Notes under the pieces: model-generated
The model's database searches: none
Told to the model about the DNA's origin: nothing
Seen by the model: the letters and a program-made list of their open reading frames with translations, nothing else
Program-made: the position numbers and the translations under genes
Source: Octopus sinensis
Lineage: Eukaryota
Direction: 5' to 3'
DNA: 64,000 nucleotides
Assembly (NCBI RefSeq): GCF_006345805.1
Contig: NC_043014.1
Span: forward strand, 23,126,001-23,190,000
Part shown: piece after piece, positions 35,086 to 48,354 of the stretch
Numbering within the stretch: the first letter of the stretch is position 1
How the letters are laid out: each line of letters begins with the position of its first letter

Positions 35086-38000
35086 AATATAACATGTGAG
35101 AGCCTGAGTATTTCACTATCATTTCTACATGTAATGTAGATTTCAGGTTGAATCAGCATGGGACACTCTATTACAAAGATGAACCATTGAATTACTGGTA
35201 CAGTGCATCTACCCACTTTCACTCACAATCAGGTCAACCTTGAAATTTAACTCTGAGCCTTCAATTATGAAGTAAATTTCTTAACCATCTGTCCCTACCT
35301 GCAACTCCTAGATACCCTTTAAAAAATTGTAATGTTGTTGAGGATAGATTTGCTCAATCAAGGTGACCCTTGGCCAAAATGATAGTTAAAGCTTTCCCCT
35401 CCACAACATTATTCTCCTCTCCTCTTCCCCTTCCTTCTCCTCTTTCTCTTCCTTCTCCTCTTTCTCTTCCTCCTCCCCTTCCTCTCTTACCTTCTCTTCC
35501 ACAGCTTAGCTTTCTTCAGTCTGCTGTCCTGGTTGTGCTTTCTAATCTTTCTACCTTTTCTTACCCAATTTTCTACATTTCATTTTCCCTCCTACTGTAC
35601 CCAAAGGGAAGTTGTGATATGTTGACTTTCTATGGAAGAAAAAATCCCTCTCCCTCTCTCTCATACTTCCGATCTTTCTCACATCATCTGCCTCTCTCAA
35701 TTACATTTACTCCTTTTCTATTAACCCTCATTCTGTCTATCTGCCCCCACCTCTCTGTTTCTCTTTCTCATGCCTCTCTCTACCACAAAATTGCATAGCT
35801 GGTTTATCACTCTGAAACCAATTAATTAGTAGGCGACAGAAAATGAAAAACTTTCCCCTTTCCTAATCAAAGTTTGTAATGACTTTAATTAATTAGACTC
35901 AGTGAACAGTGTTGAACGGTGGCATGTTTTCTTTATGAATACCGATGTGTTTCTATATACTTAATGAGTCATAAAAGCTAATAGCTAATAATAAAAGTAA
36001 TAATTAGGAAGTTTGGTGGGCGAATTTAGGAGAAGGGAATTTAGAGGCTATGATAGTCATGCCTTTCCCAGAAGTGTTTCTAACTAAAGTTTTTGTGATT
36101 GTTTAAGCTCAGTTTCAGCCTCAATCAGAAGACTTTTGATCAAAAGTGTTTAGCATGGTAAACCTATCATTTAATATATCCATGTTTACTTTGTCCTATC
36201 TTTCTGGAGGCACTAGCAAGGGATTGGGGGACATTTGGCCACTTTTTCTAACAAATATAAGTCAAGACCTAGGCAATAAAAATTTAGTGAAACAGTTTTA
36301 GTTGAGAATTGAAACTGAGTCACTGATTTTGGTGGTAACTTGTTTACAGTCAAGAAAATGAGGGAGCCTTCATGTGGTAATTCAACCTTGCTGGAAATAG
36401 AAGGCAAATTTTCCTCAAATCATATTGTCATCTTAATAAAAGAAGGAAGCATTGGATGTTTGAGAAAAAGAGATGAGATGGGTTTGGTTGGGACACCTGT
36501 GATAATAAGGTCTTTGCTTAATCAGTGTTAATTCCGGAGTTAAATAAACAACAGAGCATAATTGAGTCAATATGGGAGTCTGCATTTGGTTGTTTGATCT
36601 GCCAAATCTTGAACTTACATGCTACATGGAAGGCTATAGAACAATGTAGTCCTAAATAAACTACGCTTGCAAAAAAAAAAAAAAAATGAATGGATTAAAC
36701 TTTTGATTAATTGATCTGCTTGATCAAAGCTGACCTAAGACTAAATAATAACATATTGGGTGTCTTTTGCCTATCCTTAAGAAACCAGTATTTTTTTTAC
36801 ACTAAACCCCACTGACATTGTATTCAACTTCAACAAATATGCATTTATACCATTGTATCAAATTTCATAGCGCCAATGTCTGTTATTTAACTTAGTTTTC
36901 ATATTATATTCTAATAAACTTAATAATTAAGTAAACTATATTCAGTATATTACATCTCCACCACCATTGCCATCACCACCATCATCATCATCATCATCTG
37001 TATGTGTATGTTTTTATTAATTTAATTTATTTAATGCCTCCAATTTTACTCATTATATAAACATAATTTTAGGAGTTTTAAATTTCTTGATTCTGAGTAC
37101 ACATAAAACTCACAGGATTTTGTTACACCATATTAAATTAATACATTTTAAAGACATTCTGGTAATGTTAGTTAAAAATTGTCTTAAATAATCACTACTT
37201 GCCCTCATCTCTACTATATCACCCTGTCTATCTATCTATAAATTAATTAATCAACCTTAAATTAATTAATCAAATATTCATTTAAAGTTGAACAAATTAC
37301 TGATGCTATAATGTTTCTTTCAGTATGATTCACAACTGTACACTAGAATATTATAATAACTGATTTTTTTCTTTTACTTTGTGCCCAGGGTATTACTGGT
37401 ATAAAAGAAGTGGGTTAAAAGTAACTCAAGAGTTGCCAGGTACATCATTTTACAGCACTTGGCACAGTGAAGTTTATAGAATAGATATTTGATGAATATA
37501 ATAGGGTTTAGATGATAGAAGTGAAATGACTGAGCAAATGGTTGTTATTGTTCTTTAGCCCCACATCAGTGATGATCAAGCAGACTTATGATGAAAGCTG
37601 AACTGCCTTTAATAGTAGGTCTGCTAGAAGAGCCACAAAAGTAGTGCTAGGAGTCTGTAAGCTTAGTTACAAATTTGTTGACTACCCAAAATTTGGGACC
37701 AGTGGAAAACTTATTTTAATAAAATGGAGTCCTTGGTAATGAAAAAATTAGAAACTACTGGGAACCAAATCTTTCTCAAATGACACCACTGTCTTAAGGA
37801 AAGAAAATACACATTGACTCATGTAGTCTAGATACACAGAAATGAGGTGATCATAGCAGTAATGCTTTTAATTATAAGTTTACTGGATGAGGACTGACTA
37901 CAAGCTAAACAGCTATTTCTTTCATTGACTGTTTTGATGGGTTCCCAGCATACTGATTCCAATACTTGGCTGTTAAGTTATGTCAATCACCTGATAATGC

Positions 38001-41000
38001 TTATTGCTAAGGCTCTTGTGTAAAGCTGAACATCATTGAATCCCATTCCATACATATCTAACACCTTGTACTTTCTTGTTTGTATAAGAAATCATTATTT
38101 ATCCCCTGCAACCCTTAAGCATTCAGATTTCTCTGTCAAATGTAATGTTTATTTTTAGAATAATATTGTAGGATAGGTGTGAGAGTCCAGATCTAGCCAG
38201 AAGAAGATAAAACAGATTTGGGCTGGATATGATCAATTTAAATGCTAATGGATTAAAGATTAGCATTGTCTTTCATCCTATCAGGATGGCTAAGTTGTTG
38301 TGCAATGTAATAGAACCTGGAACTATGTGAATGCTTGAAGCAAACTTCATAACCATGATGGCAGCATCAGTAGGATTGGTGATGGTGGGGTTTATGGAGG
38401 TTGAACTGCGTGCAGGAGGATGGTGTGATGCAGGGTGGAGTGGGGTTATATGATAATAATCATTAGTTTTATTCAGTTTCTTATCTTGATTTCCCTTGTT
38501 TATAAAGACATGTTTCAGTTGGGTATTTTCTTTTTAATAGCTTATCAGATGCTGTAAATAATCCAACTTGTTCCTAGCCAAAGATATTAAACAACAGCAA
38601 CAACAATAATCTGGAGAAATCTATGTTTTAATAGGATGGTAGGTGCCTCCCACTGTGGATTTCTGTTGATGATATTGTTGTTCTTAATGCAGTCCCTAAG
38701 CCACAGATAACTGATGCTGGATACATAAATTTGATAACTGATAAATAAGGTCTCCTAATATTAACATAAGGTCAAAAATTAATGGAAGAGTATATTCAAA
38801 TGAATCAATCCATAGTATATTGCTGGTACATTTTTCTTGTTGGTCCTGTAGGAATTAAATACTAAATCAACCTTAGTGGAACTAGAACTTAGAATGTAAA
38901 GATATATAGATAAATGCTGCGAGGTAATCCTGCAGTCCTGCCACCAGTAATTATTATTTTAGATGTAGGCAAGAGGCCACATGTTTTGGAGGAGGTAACA
39001 GTTAATTTAAATTGACTTCAGCATTTGGCTGGTACTTTTTGTTGTGAATAATTTACATGTGCATCCATTCTTGATTAAAAAATATGTAAACATGTATTCA
39101 TTATGAAAAGTGTGTGTACACGCATATACATGCATGTGTGCACCCACCCACACACATTAGGCTTTCTTTTAACATACATAGGTCTTTTTAAATCCCCTCC
39201 CCCCATTATCTGTTGAATTCTCTGATTAATTTGCAGTATCCCCTCAAAGCACTACAAAAACCCAGGTATTTTATGTGACTATTTTTCATTTGCTGATTAT
39301 TCTCAGGAATTTTGGCCAAATTTGATCAACTTTGAGGATTACTTTTGTATCTATATTCATATTGAAATCCACTACTTTTGTGTTTCAAGAAGTTTTTAAA
39401 TAATCTGAAATTTGGAGAAATGTAATAATACAAGGAATTGTATTAGGAATGCAACTTAGGAAGAGGTTCTTACATAACATTTGATGATATAAGATTTCAA
39501 TTAAAATATAAAAGGAAGTTTAAAGGGAATTGTTTTGTATCAGAGAACTAGTAGGTTGGTATCAAAAGAGTTAAGATAAAATTTTATTTTGTAAGTGAAA
39601 ATTAGTTTTTGTTTTTATTTCTATTTATGAAGTCTTTGATTATCAAAGACAGAAGAGTGCTGAATTAAAGTTACCCCGATTCTTTTCCCCCAAGATTATA
39701 CCTCCTGAGTTTTAAGGCATGAATCACGATTAATATAACCCCAAATATTGCAAATGAAAACGCAGGTTTTTATGGGTGAAAAATTTTCATTGGGAATACA
39801 ACATCAAATACTTTAAAACAGCAAAAATGCCATGTGCTGAAATTGCCTAGTAAAAATAAGACTTGCATCTACTGGCTCAGGTGTTGTCAATCCCAGCCTA
39901 TTGCAAGTGTTTTATTGTTCCTTTCTCAGTTATGAAATGAGTGGGTAATATAGTGAAATGATTAAGGAGAGAATCGTTAGCATGCCAGGCTGAATGCTTA
40001 GCAGCATTTTTTTCATCTTTACATTCTGATCTCAAATTCCACCAACGTTAACTTCATCATTTCAAGATTAATAAAATAAGTACCAGTTGAGCACTGGAAT
40101 CGATATAATCGACCCCCCACCACCACCACACACACACCGATCTTGCTGGCCTTATGCCAAAATTTGAAACCAATATTGTGAAATAATTAATTTCAGCAAG
40201 CAAATTATTCATAAACTGCTTCAAATTAGAGAATATGAGTTGTAGTTTTCTCAGTAATCGTTACCAAATCAAGGCCTGTTAAAGGCACCAGTATCCCAGG
40301 CAGTTATCCAGAGTACTTTGTGCTTGGAGGTACCTCATGACATGGTACCCTGAAGCATGTAGCACAAATAAAATAACACATAATGGGAAAATTCCTTCAG
40401 TGGAGTTGAGCTTATTTTAACACTTTTGTGTGATACTGACAGATGTAATTTCTTCACTGAACTAAATACTGTTGAATATTTGTTTCCTGGAGCTGTAATG
40501 CTTCCAATAGAAGCCATTATGTTCTTCAACAGTAATAAGTTATAGGATATCTTGGCAAATCTGGGTTGCTTTAACATAATGCTTTTGATACCCATAACCG
40601 TGACCATATCAGTGAGATACTTTAGTGAAGTAAAACTTCTAAATACATATTTACACAAGACAGATTAAATTCTTTGACAATTTTGTCAATAGAAAATGAT
40701 ATTGTAAAATGGAAAAGAAAAAAAAAGAAGAAAAAATATAAAAAGTACTATGAAAATATTTGCTATTCTAAAATCAAGAAAAAATGTTTTAGGATTATGT
40801 ATGTTTTTTAGCATATTTTTTTTCATATTCTTTATTAGGAAAAATTCATTGCATCAAAAGATGATCAATGAAGCCCTTTGTACTTTCTTTCACCCACTCC
40901 ACCTGCCAGTTATGTGCATATGATCTCCCACCCCCCACATTTATATCAGTGAAAAGATTTGAATCTGAACTGTTCTCTTAGCTTGTATTTTATAGTAAAC

Positions 41001-41399
41001 ACTTTATTCTTACATTTGCAATTTCCCCTCTTTGTGAAAGTTTTTTAAGAATTACACTTATAGGGATACTGAAAGTCAGCTTGTCATATTTCATCTTTTT
41101 CTTACCATATTTCTAATGAAATACAGTTGCTAGGTTCCTATAAATTTTGAAAATAACCAAGAATTTATTTGCATTTAGTAAAACTAACTTTTAGGTCACT
41201 AATACAGAAGTCTCCATGTAGTTGCTCAATCCATTAAAAATTGCTGATCTCAAATCACATACTACTGACTAAAATAAGACATATTGGATAATGTAGTCCA
41301 AAATAAAGAGTTTGTTTAATGAAGGAATGGTCATCACATCTGTCTTAATGTAATGCACATATGCTTTCCTCATTAAAGACATTTTCCCTGATGAAATAG

Positions 41400-41890
41400 T
41401 AAGTCAGATAGTAAGTGGATGCTCAAAAAATGCCATGACAAACTAACATTGCAAATACACTGGGAATAGTGCAAGAAGTATGGGCTAAAATATTTCAACA
41501 ATTGGTCTGAGCACCAATCTTTGCCAGTTGGAGAGAACGATGAGGTGAAACTCACATGCCAATACACAGACAAAAAGCTGCATCATAACCAACCAGGTAT
41601 CATTCTACTACTGAAGGAGTCCAAAGAATGGATCTTCATCAATGTAGCTATACCTGCAGACCAGAATATTGTGAAGACAGATGACGAGAAAGTCAAGAAG
41701 TTAACAAAACTAGGATTGGAAGTGAAAAGAATCCATAGAACTTCAAAAGTGAGTGTGGTACCTATTGTGATCTCTTAGGACCATCTCAAAAAGAGCGATA
41801 TTCTGGCATCAAAAGCTACAAATACCAAACTTCTTAGAAAGTATTCAGCTTTCAACAATGCATGAAACAGCTCCTCTGTTGTGGAAAATG
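41400..41890 (+). mobile_element. R4/Dong-type (RLE) LINE C-terminal relic
   Basis: HWE*CKKYGL..NW.EH, ENDEVKL..TDKKLHHNQPGII..FINVAIPADQNI..EKVKK..VVPIVI, the degenerate PD..D endonuclease region. Confidence 0.75.
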
Positions 41891-42619
41891 TTTCATTTCA
41901 AAGCTGCAAGATGGAGTTGAGACATGACATAGTAGATATAGATAACTCAGAAGTGAAGTGAACAATAACAAACAACAACAACAACAACAAGTCCCAAATC
42001 TCAATTTATATTCTGTTCAGAGTTTCAAATATTTCATAAATGAAATAAATTCCAGTGTATAACATTTATTTTAAATAAACATAAATTAATATATATAAAG
42101 AAAATAACTTCATAACTTCTAATATAAACACACACATGTTTATGTCATGTTTATTTTTGTATTAGATAACTTGTGTATTTATATAATAATGTATTTTTTG
42201 TTTGTGTTTTATATACATATATTCATTAGCATTTATGTGTATACATGCATGCATCACATACATACGTGTGTGTGTGTGCGTGTGCGCTAACAGGTTTAAT
42301 GCTGGCAATCACTTGTCATCAAGAATAATCTTTCCCTTAGGAGAAGTTAGTAGTTGCCTTGTTTAGAAATGGTAACAGGAATGTACAATATTTATTCACT
42401 CTATTTTCTTCATAGAAAAAAAAATTCTTTCTTGAACTGAAATATCCAAACTAATCATACTAAAAATAATAATTTATAAGCCAGTATGAAATGTAAACAT
42501 AATTGAAATTTAATTGGCTATAATATTTTTCTATTCTATTTATTTTGCATACCCATAGTACTTATGCATTTTGTTATAGTACCATTTTCTTTGATATTCC
42601 AACAATTACCAATTTGCTC

Positions 42620-43083
42620 TCTTCAAATCGAAATCGGAATCGAAATTGAACCAATCCTATGACTGGCACCCGGCAAATGCCAGGACCCCTGTACTGGAGA
42701 TACGTAAAAAGCACTATCCGAATCGTGGCCGATGCCAGCGCCGCCTCAACTGGCTTCCGTGTCGGTGGCACCTAAAAAGCACCATCCGAATCGTGGCCAA
42801 AGCCAGTGCCGCCTCGACTAGCTTCCATGCAGGTGGCACGTAAAATGCACCAATCCGACCGTGGCCGATGCCAGCCTCGCCTGGCACCAGTGCAGGTGGC
42901 ACGTAAAAAGCAGCCACTACACTCACGGAGTGGTTGGCGTTAGGAAGGGCATCCAGCTGTAGAAACATTGCCAGATAAGACCGGAGCCTGGTACAGCCTT
43001 CTTGCTTCCCAGATCCCCGGTCGAACCGTCCAACCCATGCTAGCATGGAGAACGGATGTTAAGCGATGATGATGATGATGATG
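42620..43083 (+). mobile_element. RTE family A 3' UTR fragment (3 modules plus a divergent first module)
   Basis: ATCCGAATCGTGGCC..GCCAG..CTGGC..GTGGCAC.TAAAA repeats, terminal motif and (ATG)n tail. Confidence 0.9.
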
Positions 43084-43909
43084 AAATTGGGAAATTTTAA
43101 ATGAACTTCATTTTTTTGTTTCTTTTCAACTCTTTTTTCCTCAACTATTGCTGAGAGTTCTAAAATGTTTGACTAAATAGATGCCGGCATTGCTGTGTGG
43201 ATACAGAATTTGTTTTATAACCATAGGTTTCAGGTTCTATCCCACTGCACGACAACTTCAGCAAGTATCTTCTAGTTTAGCCTCATAGTGACTGAGACTA
43301 TGAGTGAAATTGGTTGAATAAAGACTGTATTGAAGCCCATGTGTGTGTGTGTGTGTGTGCGCGCGCGCATGCATGCATGTGTCCATTAATGTTTATATTC
43401 CTTGACTTCACATGACATCATCTGGGCAAATAGGTAATGTGTTTACATTCACCATAAGCAATATCCTATGCAGCTAGCTCTTCTCATTTGAAGAGCAATG
43501 AAGTAAAAAATCTCTTACTTGAAAAACATGTAAGGGCTGATGACAGGAACGGCTTCTAGGTGTAAAAATTCTGCCTTAGTAAGTAACCTTCCAACATATG
43601 CTAGCATAAAAAATTAATGTAGATTGAAAGAATTTCTTTACTACTCAAAGTTCTAAGATATTCACTAAAATTGAAAATTAATCATTGATTACTGACATCC
43701 TGTTATGACTAGCCAGAAAGGATCAATACGTGAATATTGTCTTTTGGTTATTTCTTAATGTTAGTAAAAATCGAAAATCAAGGATTATCCATAGATGAAC
43801 TTTGCCATCCATAACGCTATACAATTTGACAAACGGTGAGCCTACATGAAATACTCAGCCTGAAAGAACTAGCAGCTAAATCTCAATAAAATCACACCTA
43901 TCATCTTAA

Positions 43910-44968
43910 CCCTTTCGTTACCAAACCGCCCGAAAAAAATTTTGGTTAATGTGACCAAGCCGCCCCAAACCGCCCGAATTTACCTATTCATATTTAAATG
44001 AGAATATCAGAGTAAATCTCTTTAGTACATTCGTGAAAACACGTATTATACTTCGTAAACAGTTCAACTACAGTTTTGTACAAAAATCGAAGTGTAATTT
44101 TAATTCCGTGAATTATGGGAGATTTTTTTCCGAAATTTGTTCCTATTGTGTTTTCAAAATTTGTAATTCTGACAAAAAATGGATACGAATTTCATTATAT
44201 CAAGCAGCGAGTCAGAATTCGAAGGATTTTCTACTGAAGACCTTCATAAATCTAACTCTATGACTGAAAAAAAAAAGCATGTGGTATTTGATAATGAATC
44301 TGATGTTTCATTTTCCGAAAGTGAAAACAGTGAATCCGAGAGCTCCGACAGCGATAAAGAAAATGAATTGGCACCTGAATGGAGTGAAAATTTAAAAACT
44401 GTTTCTTTCGGTGATTTTTCTGAAGAAACTGGACCAAGCCACAGACTTTCCCAGAAGAGTAAAGCCTTAGACTATTTCTTTTTACTTTTTACTATTTGAA
44501 ATCATTACGGCGGAAACGAATCGTTACGCTAAACGTAAAGAAAGGATAGTTTGTTATTTCCCACAACCTTAAATGAAATTAAGGCCTATTTTGCCATAAA
44601 TATTATTATGGGTATCAGAAAGTTACCCAGAATAACAAATTCTATCGTAAAATTTTGTTGTATATCCAATTGAATATTAGCTAATAACCCATTTTCTATA
44701 GCGATGTTTGAACAAAATTTTAATAATTTTATATATTGTTGAATTTACCTGTATCTACCTGCAATTAGAGTCACTTTGTGACAAAAATTATAGTATAGAA
44801 TTGGTTGAGAACATTTCATTAGATTATCTTCCAAAATTCATGTTAATATATTGATAAATAAAAAAGTTATAGTTGTTTAATGAAACCAGACTAAATTTAT
44901 GATTACGTTAGAAATTAATTGAAACACATAAGGGGTGTATTTTGGTCAGAAATATAGTAACGAAAGGG
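43910..44968 (+). mobile_element. Internally deleted piggyBac element retaining the transposase N-terminus
   Basis: TTAA|CCCTTTCGTTAC ... GTAACGAAAGGG|TTAA. ORF 44179-44499 has an acidic N-terminus then LDYFFLLF, continuing in another frame as EIITAETNRYA and TTLNEIKAYFAINIIMGIRKLP (PGBD-type). Confidence 0.9.
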
Positions 44969-46379
44969 TTAAAATAAATTAAGAATATATTAATGGGGGC
45001 GGTCAAAGACTGAATGAAGAGCATTTGTGATACAAAATCGCAACATTACACTATATTGACTGGTATAAACATCACACACATCAAGTTTCTGTTGTTGTTT
45101 ATCCCCAAATTGTCCCTGAATAAGTAGAACTGATCAAAGGTGTCCTAGCTGTGATCATCTCTCTTCCCCACCTCACTCCAGACAATCTATTTAAAATTAC
45201 TTTTAACCAATGTCTTTCCTTTTTTAAAATTTTATTAGAACATGATTTGGGGGAGATTTGGCTGCAGTTTCTAGCAGATCTAGCAACTATGTAAAGGCTC
45301 TTTCAGAGATGATCATAGCAAGGACACTTTTGGTCAGTTTTATTTAATCAGGGACAATTTGGGGATAAGCAACAACCACAGAAACTTGTAATGTTGCAAT
45401 TTTATGTCACAAATGCCCTTCATTCAGTCTTTGCCCTCCCTCAGATTATAGCATGGATGATTGCAGTGCATGCTGCTAGCAAGGACTGAACTTGTTTTCT
45501 TAACTTTGGCATCTCAACAAGCAAGTCTCAACTGACATTCTTCAAATATCACATGTGAAAATAAAGGTATACTTGTCATATGCTATTTTTGTATATACAC
45601 CTGTGGAAGCTAAAATATCAAGTTTTCTTGAAATTGATATATTATATAACTTCCAACACTGCCCAGTTGGAACACCCTGGATATATTATCAAGGTCGTTA
45701 TCAAATTTCGAATTGTTTACTCCTACTTAAGGGTGGATTGCTTTTCAGTAAAAAAAATTAAAAAAAGCTTTTTTCGAAATCGATGAAATCTATTATGGGT
45801 ATCCTTTTTCCAAATTCTTCTCTATTCTTCTTAAACAACAAAACAAAAAATGAAAGACAAATGTTTATGTTACAATGTTAATGAAAGTATCTTTTACAAA
45901 ATTCCGTTTTAAATAGATGTAAAAGAGAAGAAGGAAGAATTGAAGAGAGAAATAAAAGAGAAAAAGTGATAATTTGAGAGCTAAATATTTAGTTTCATGT
46001 CAGTGTCAGTGGATATATATTGCAACTGTTTGGCCAATCAATCAGTCACACGCCCTTCTTTCTACACCATTTTCATCTTTTATTTCTATTTGTTTTATTT
46101 ACCTTTATTTTCATTTTATTGTGCATGTGTTTATGTTCATTGAGAAAGTGGACACTCTGATTAGATATTTAACAGACAAAAACTGTCTAGCATGAATGCC
46201 AGATCATGTGATTTCAGTGTACTGCACTTCCTCAGTGACAGGTGTCCACTCATCACATGCCAGCCAAATCTCACTGTCAACAATATAGAGAATAACTTAT
46301 CAGTCACTGATGTTGCAAGTAGCCAACAAGTTTATTGAAAAATAGATATTAGTGATGGAAGCAGCATTAATATCAAAAG

Positions 46380-47480
46380 GCAATCTTTATGTATATATGT
46401 GTGTGTTGGCTGTACAAGCTATGAACAAAGTTGCAGTGGGTAAAGTGAGAGTCAACGATTTCAGTAATAAATTTAGTAGCTCATTTCTCAGTCCTTTCTT
46501 ACTTGTCATAGTCTTACAGGCCATCACAGAGGTATTTAAGACTGGATATCCATGGGAACTTGTATATGTTGATGATCTAGTTCTCATAGTTGAATCCATA
46601 GAGGAATTAGAGATGAAATTCCAGGCATGGAAACTAAGCCCAGAATCAAGAGGTTTATAGTAAACTGAATAAAGACAAAGCTTTTAATAAGTAACAAAGA
46701 AGATAGAAATATGGTGCCTTCAGGGAAATGGTTTTGTTTGAAATGCAGAAAAGCAGTAGGTATAAACTCTATACACTGTAACCCAATGTAGGCTATGGGC
46801 ACACTAGTCATGTTATGAAATTACAGGCAGATTGTCAGAGAATGTAAATATGTAATAAATGCACGAGAGCAGTATGTACTGCGAGCACACCAAAAATGGA
46901 TCCTCCTAAATGTCCAAGTGGCTCATTAGAAGTGGTTGATAACTTTTGTTACCTAGGACATGTAATTAACTTTGAAAATATTGTAGCTAAAATAAGAACA
47001 GGTTAGAGAAAATTTAAGGAACTACTTCTGCTGCTGATAACAAAGGTTTTTTTCCCTTTGTCTTTTTCCTAGAGTAAATGGCAGATTGTATAATGATTTT
47101 GTGTATTAGAATTGTTGCACGGTAGTGATACATGGGCTTTAAATGCAGAGGATTGGAGAGGATTGAAATAAATGAAGCAAGCATGCTTTATCTGCAATGT
47201 AAGTGTGCATGAAAGACCATACAAATTTGCTTAGAAAAAAAGTGGGGGCATAAGAGGAATCAGATATAGTGTGCAGGATTGAAGACTGTACTTGTATGGA
47301 CATGTGATGTGTATGGATGAGGGCAGCTGTATAAAGAAGTGCCAATATCTTAATGTGGAATTTGTGGTTGAAGGAGATCCATGGAGACATGGGATAAGAT
47401 AATGGAGGCTGACCGTCCTTGAAACAGCTGGATTTGATTACAAATGACCAAGATAACTGGTGATATACTGTTCTTAAGAA
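46380..47480 (+). mobile_element. Old, degenerate RTE family A-like RT fragment
   Basis: SPFLLVIVLQAITEVFKTGYPWELVYVDDLVLIVESIEELE; the downstream PHD-like and RLRWYGHV regions are recognisable but broken. Confidence 0.8.
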
Positions 47481-48165
47481 AACCTGCCCATCTTGGTGAA
47501 GCTAATTTCTTATTGAGCTATGTATGCATAATATACATAACATGTGTATATATGCATAACAGGTCCCTTCACCCAATTCCCCACCCCCAAGACACTCCAT
47601 CACCTCCCTAACTGCACCTATTTTTTGATACCACTTAATTTTCTTTACTACCCAGAACCATTTCACTTGTTATTCCAGCCGTCATCCTTTAGGACTGTTC
47701 TCTCCACCTCCATTTCCACCACTACCATCTTTGCTATTCTGCTGCTCAGCACTGTCAATCATCACCTACTCTATTCTCTGTCCCCACCCAATCATTCCCA
47801 TCCTCTCTTCTAAAATATGAGTCGTGTAGCTTCTCTGCTACAAGGAACCTGTTCTGCTATGTTCTTTCTCTTCTCTCATACTTTTATCCATCTTTAACCC
47901 TTCATTTCCTTTGGAGTCATAGTCTTGCAAACAGCATGATGGACTCACTAGTGCTGGTGGCACAATAAAAAGCTCCTTGTAGACATTGTAAAGTTGTTGA
48001 TTTTAGGAAGGGTATCCAGCCATAGAAACTTTTCCAAAGCAGACCCTGAGCATGATGCAATCCTTAGGCCCATCGGATCCTGTCAAACCATCCAATCCAT
48101 GCCAGTGTGGGACATGGACATTAAATGATGAGGTGTGTATTTTTGTCTCTCCTTATCTTGACATC

Positions 48166-48354
48166 GGAGCAGAAACGTCGGATGCGTAAAGCTAGAGCCG
48201 CCTGCACCAGTAGCACGGCCCCTACCCACTTCTGCCCCACCTATGGGAGGGGCTTCCTTGCCCGGATTGGCCTCACCAGCCACCTCAGGTCTCATGGCGG
48301 CAGTTCCATCAGATGATGTCAGTTGGTCATCTTCGAACCGAAGGACAAACATTA
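48166..48354 (+). mobile_element. Short 5'-truncated RTE family B insertion
   Basis: Near-identical to 3090-3250. 13-bp TSD TTATCTTGACATC at 48153-48165 and 48355-48367. Confidence 0.9.

Noticed and set aside
35370-35798. 142-aa Pro/Ser/Leu-rich ORF
   Set aside because: It is a low-complexity CT-rich tract.
40335-40658. 107-aa minus-strand ORF in unique sequence
   Set aside because: No recognisable motif, no convincing splice-site pair, and the length is within chance expectation.
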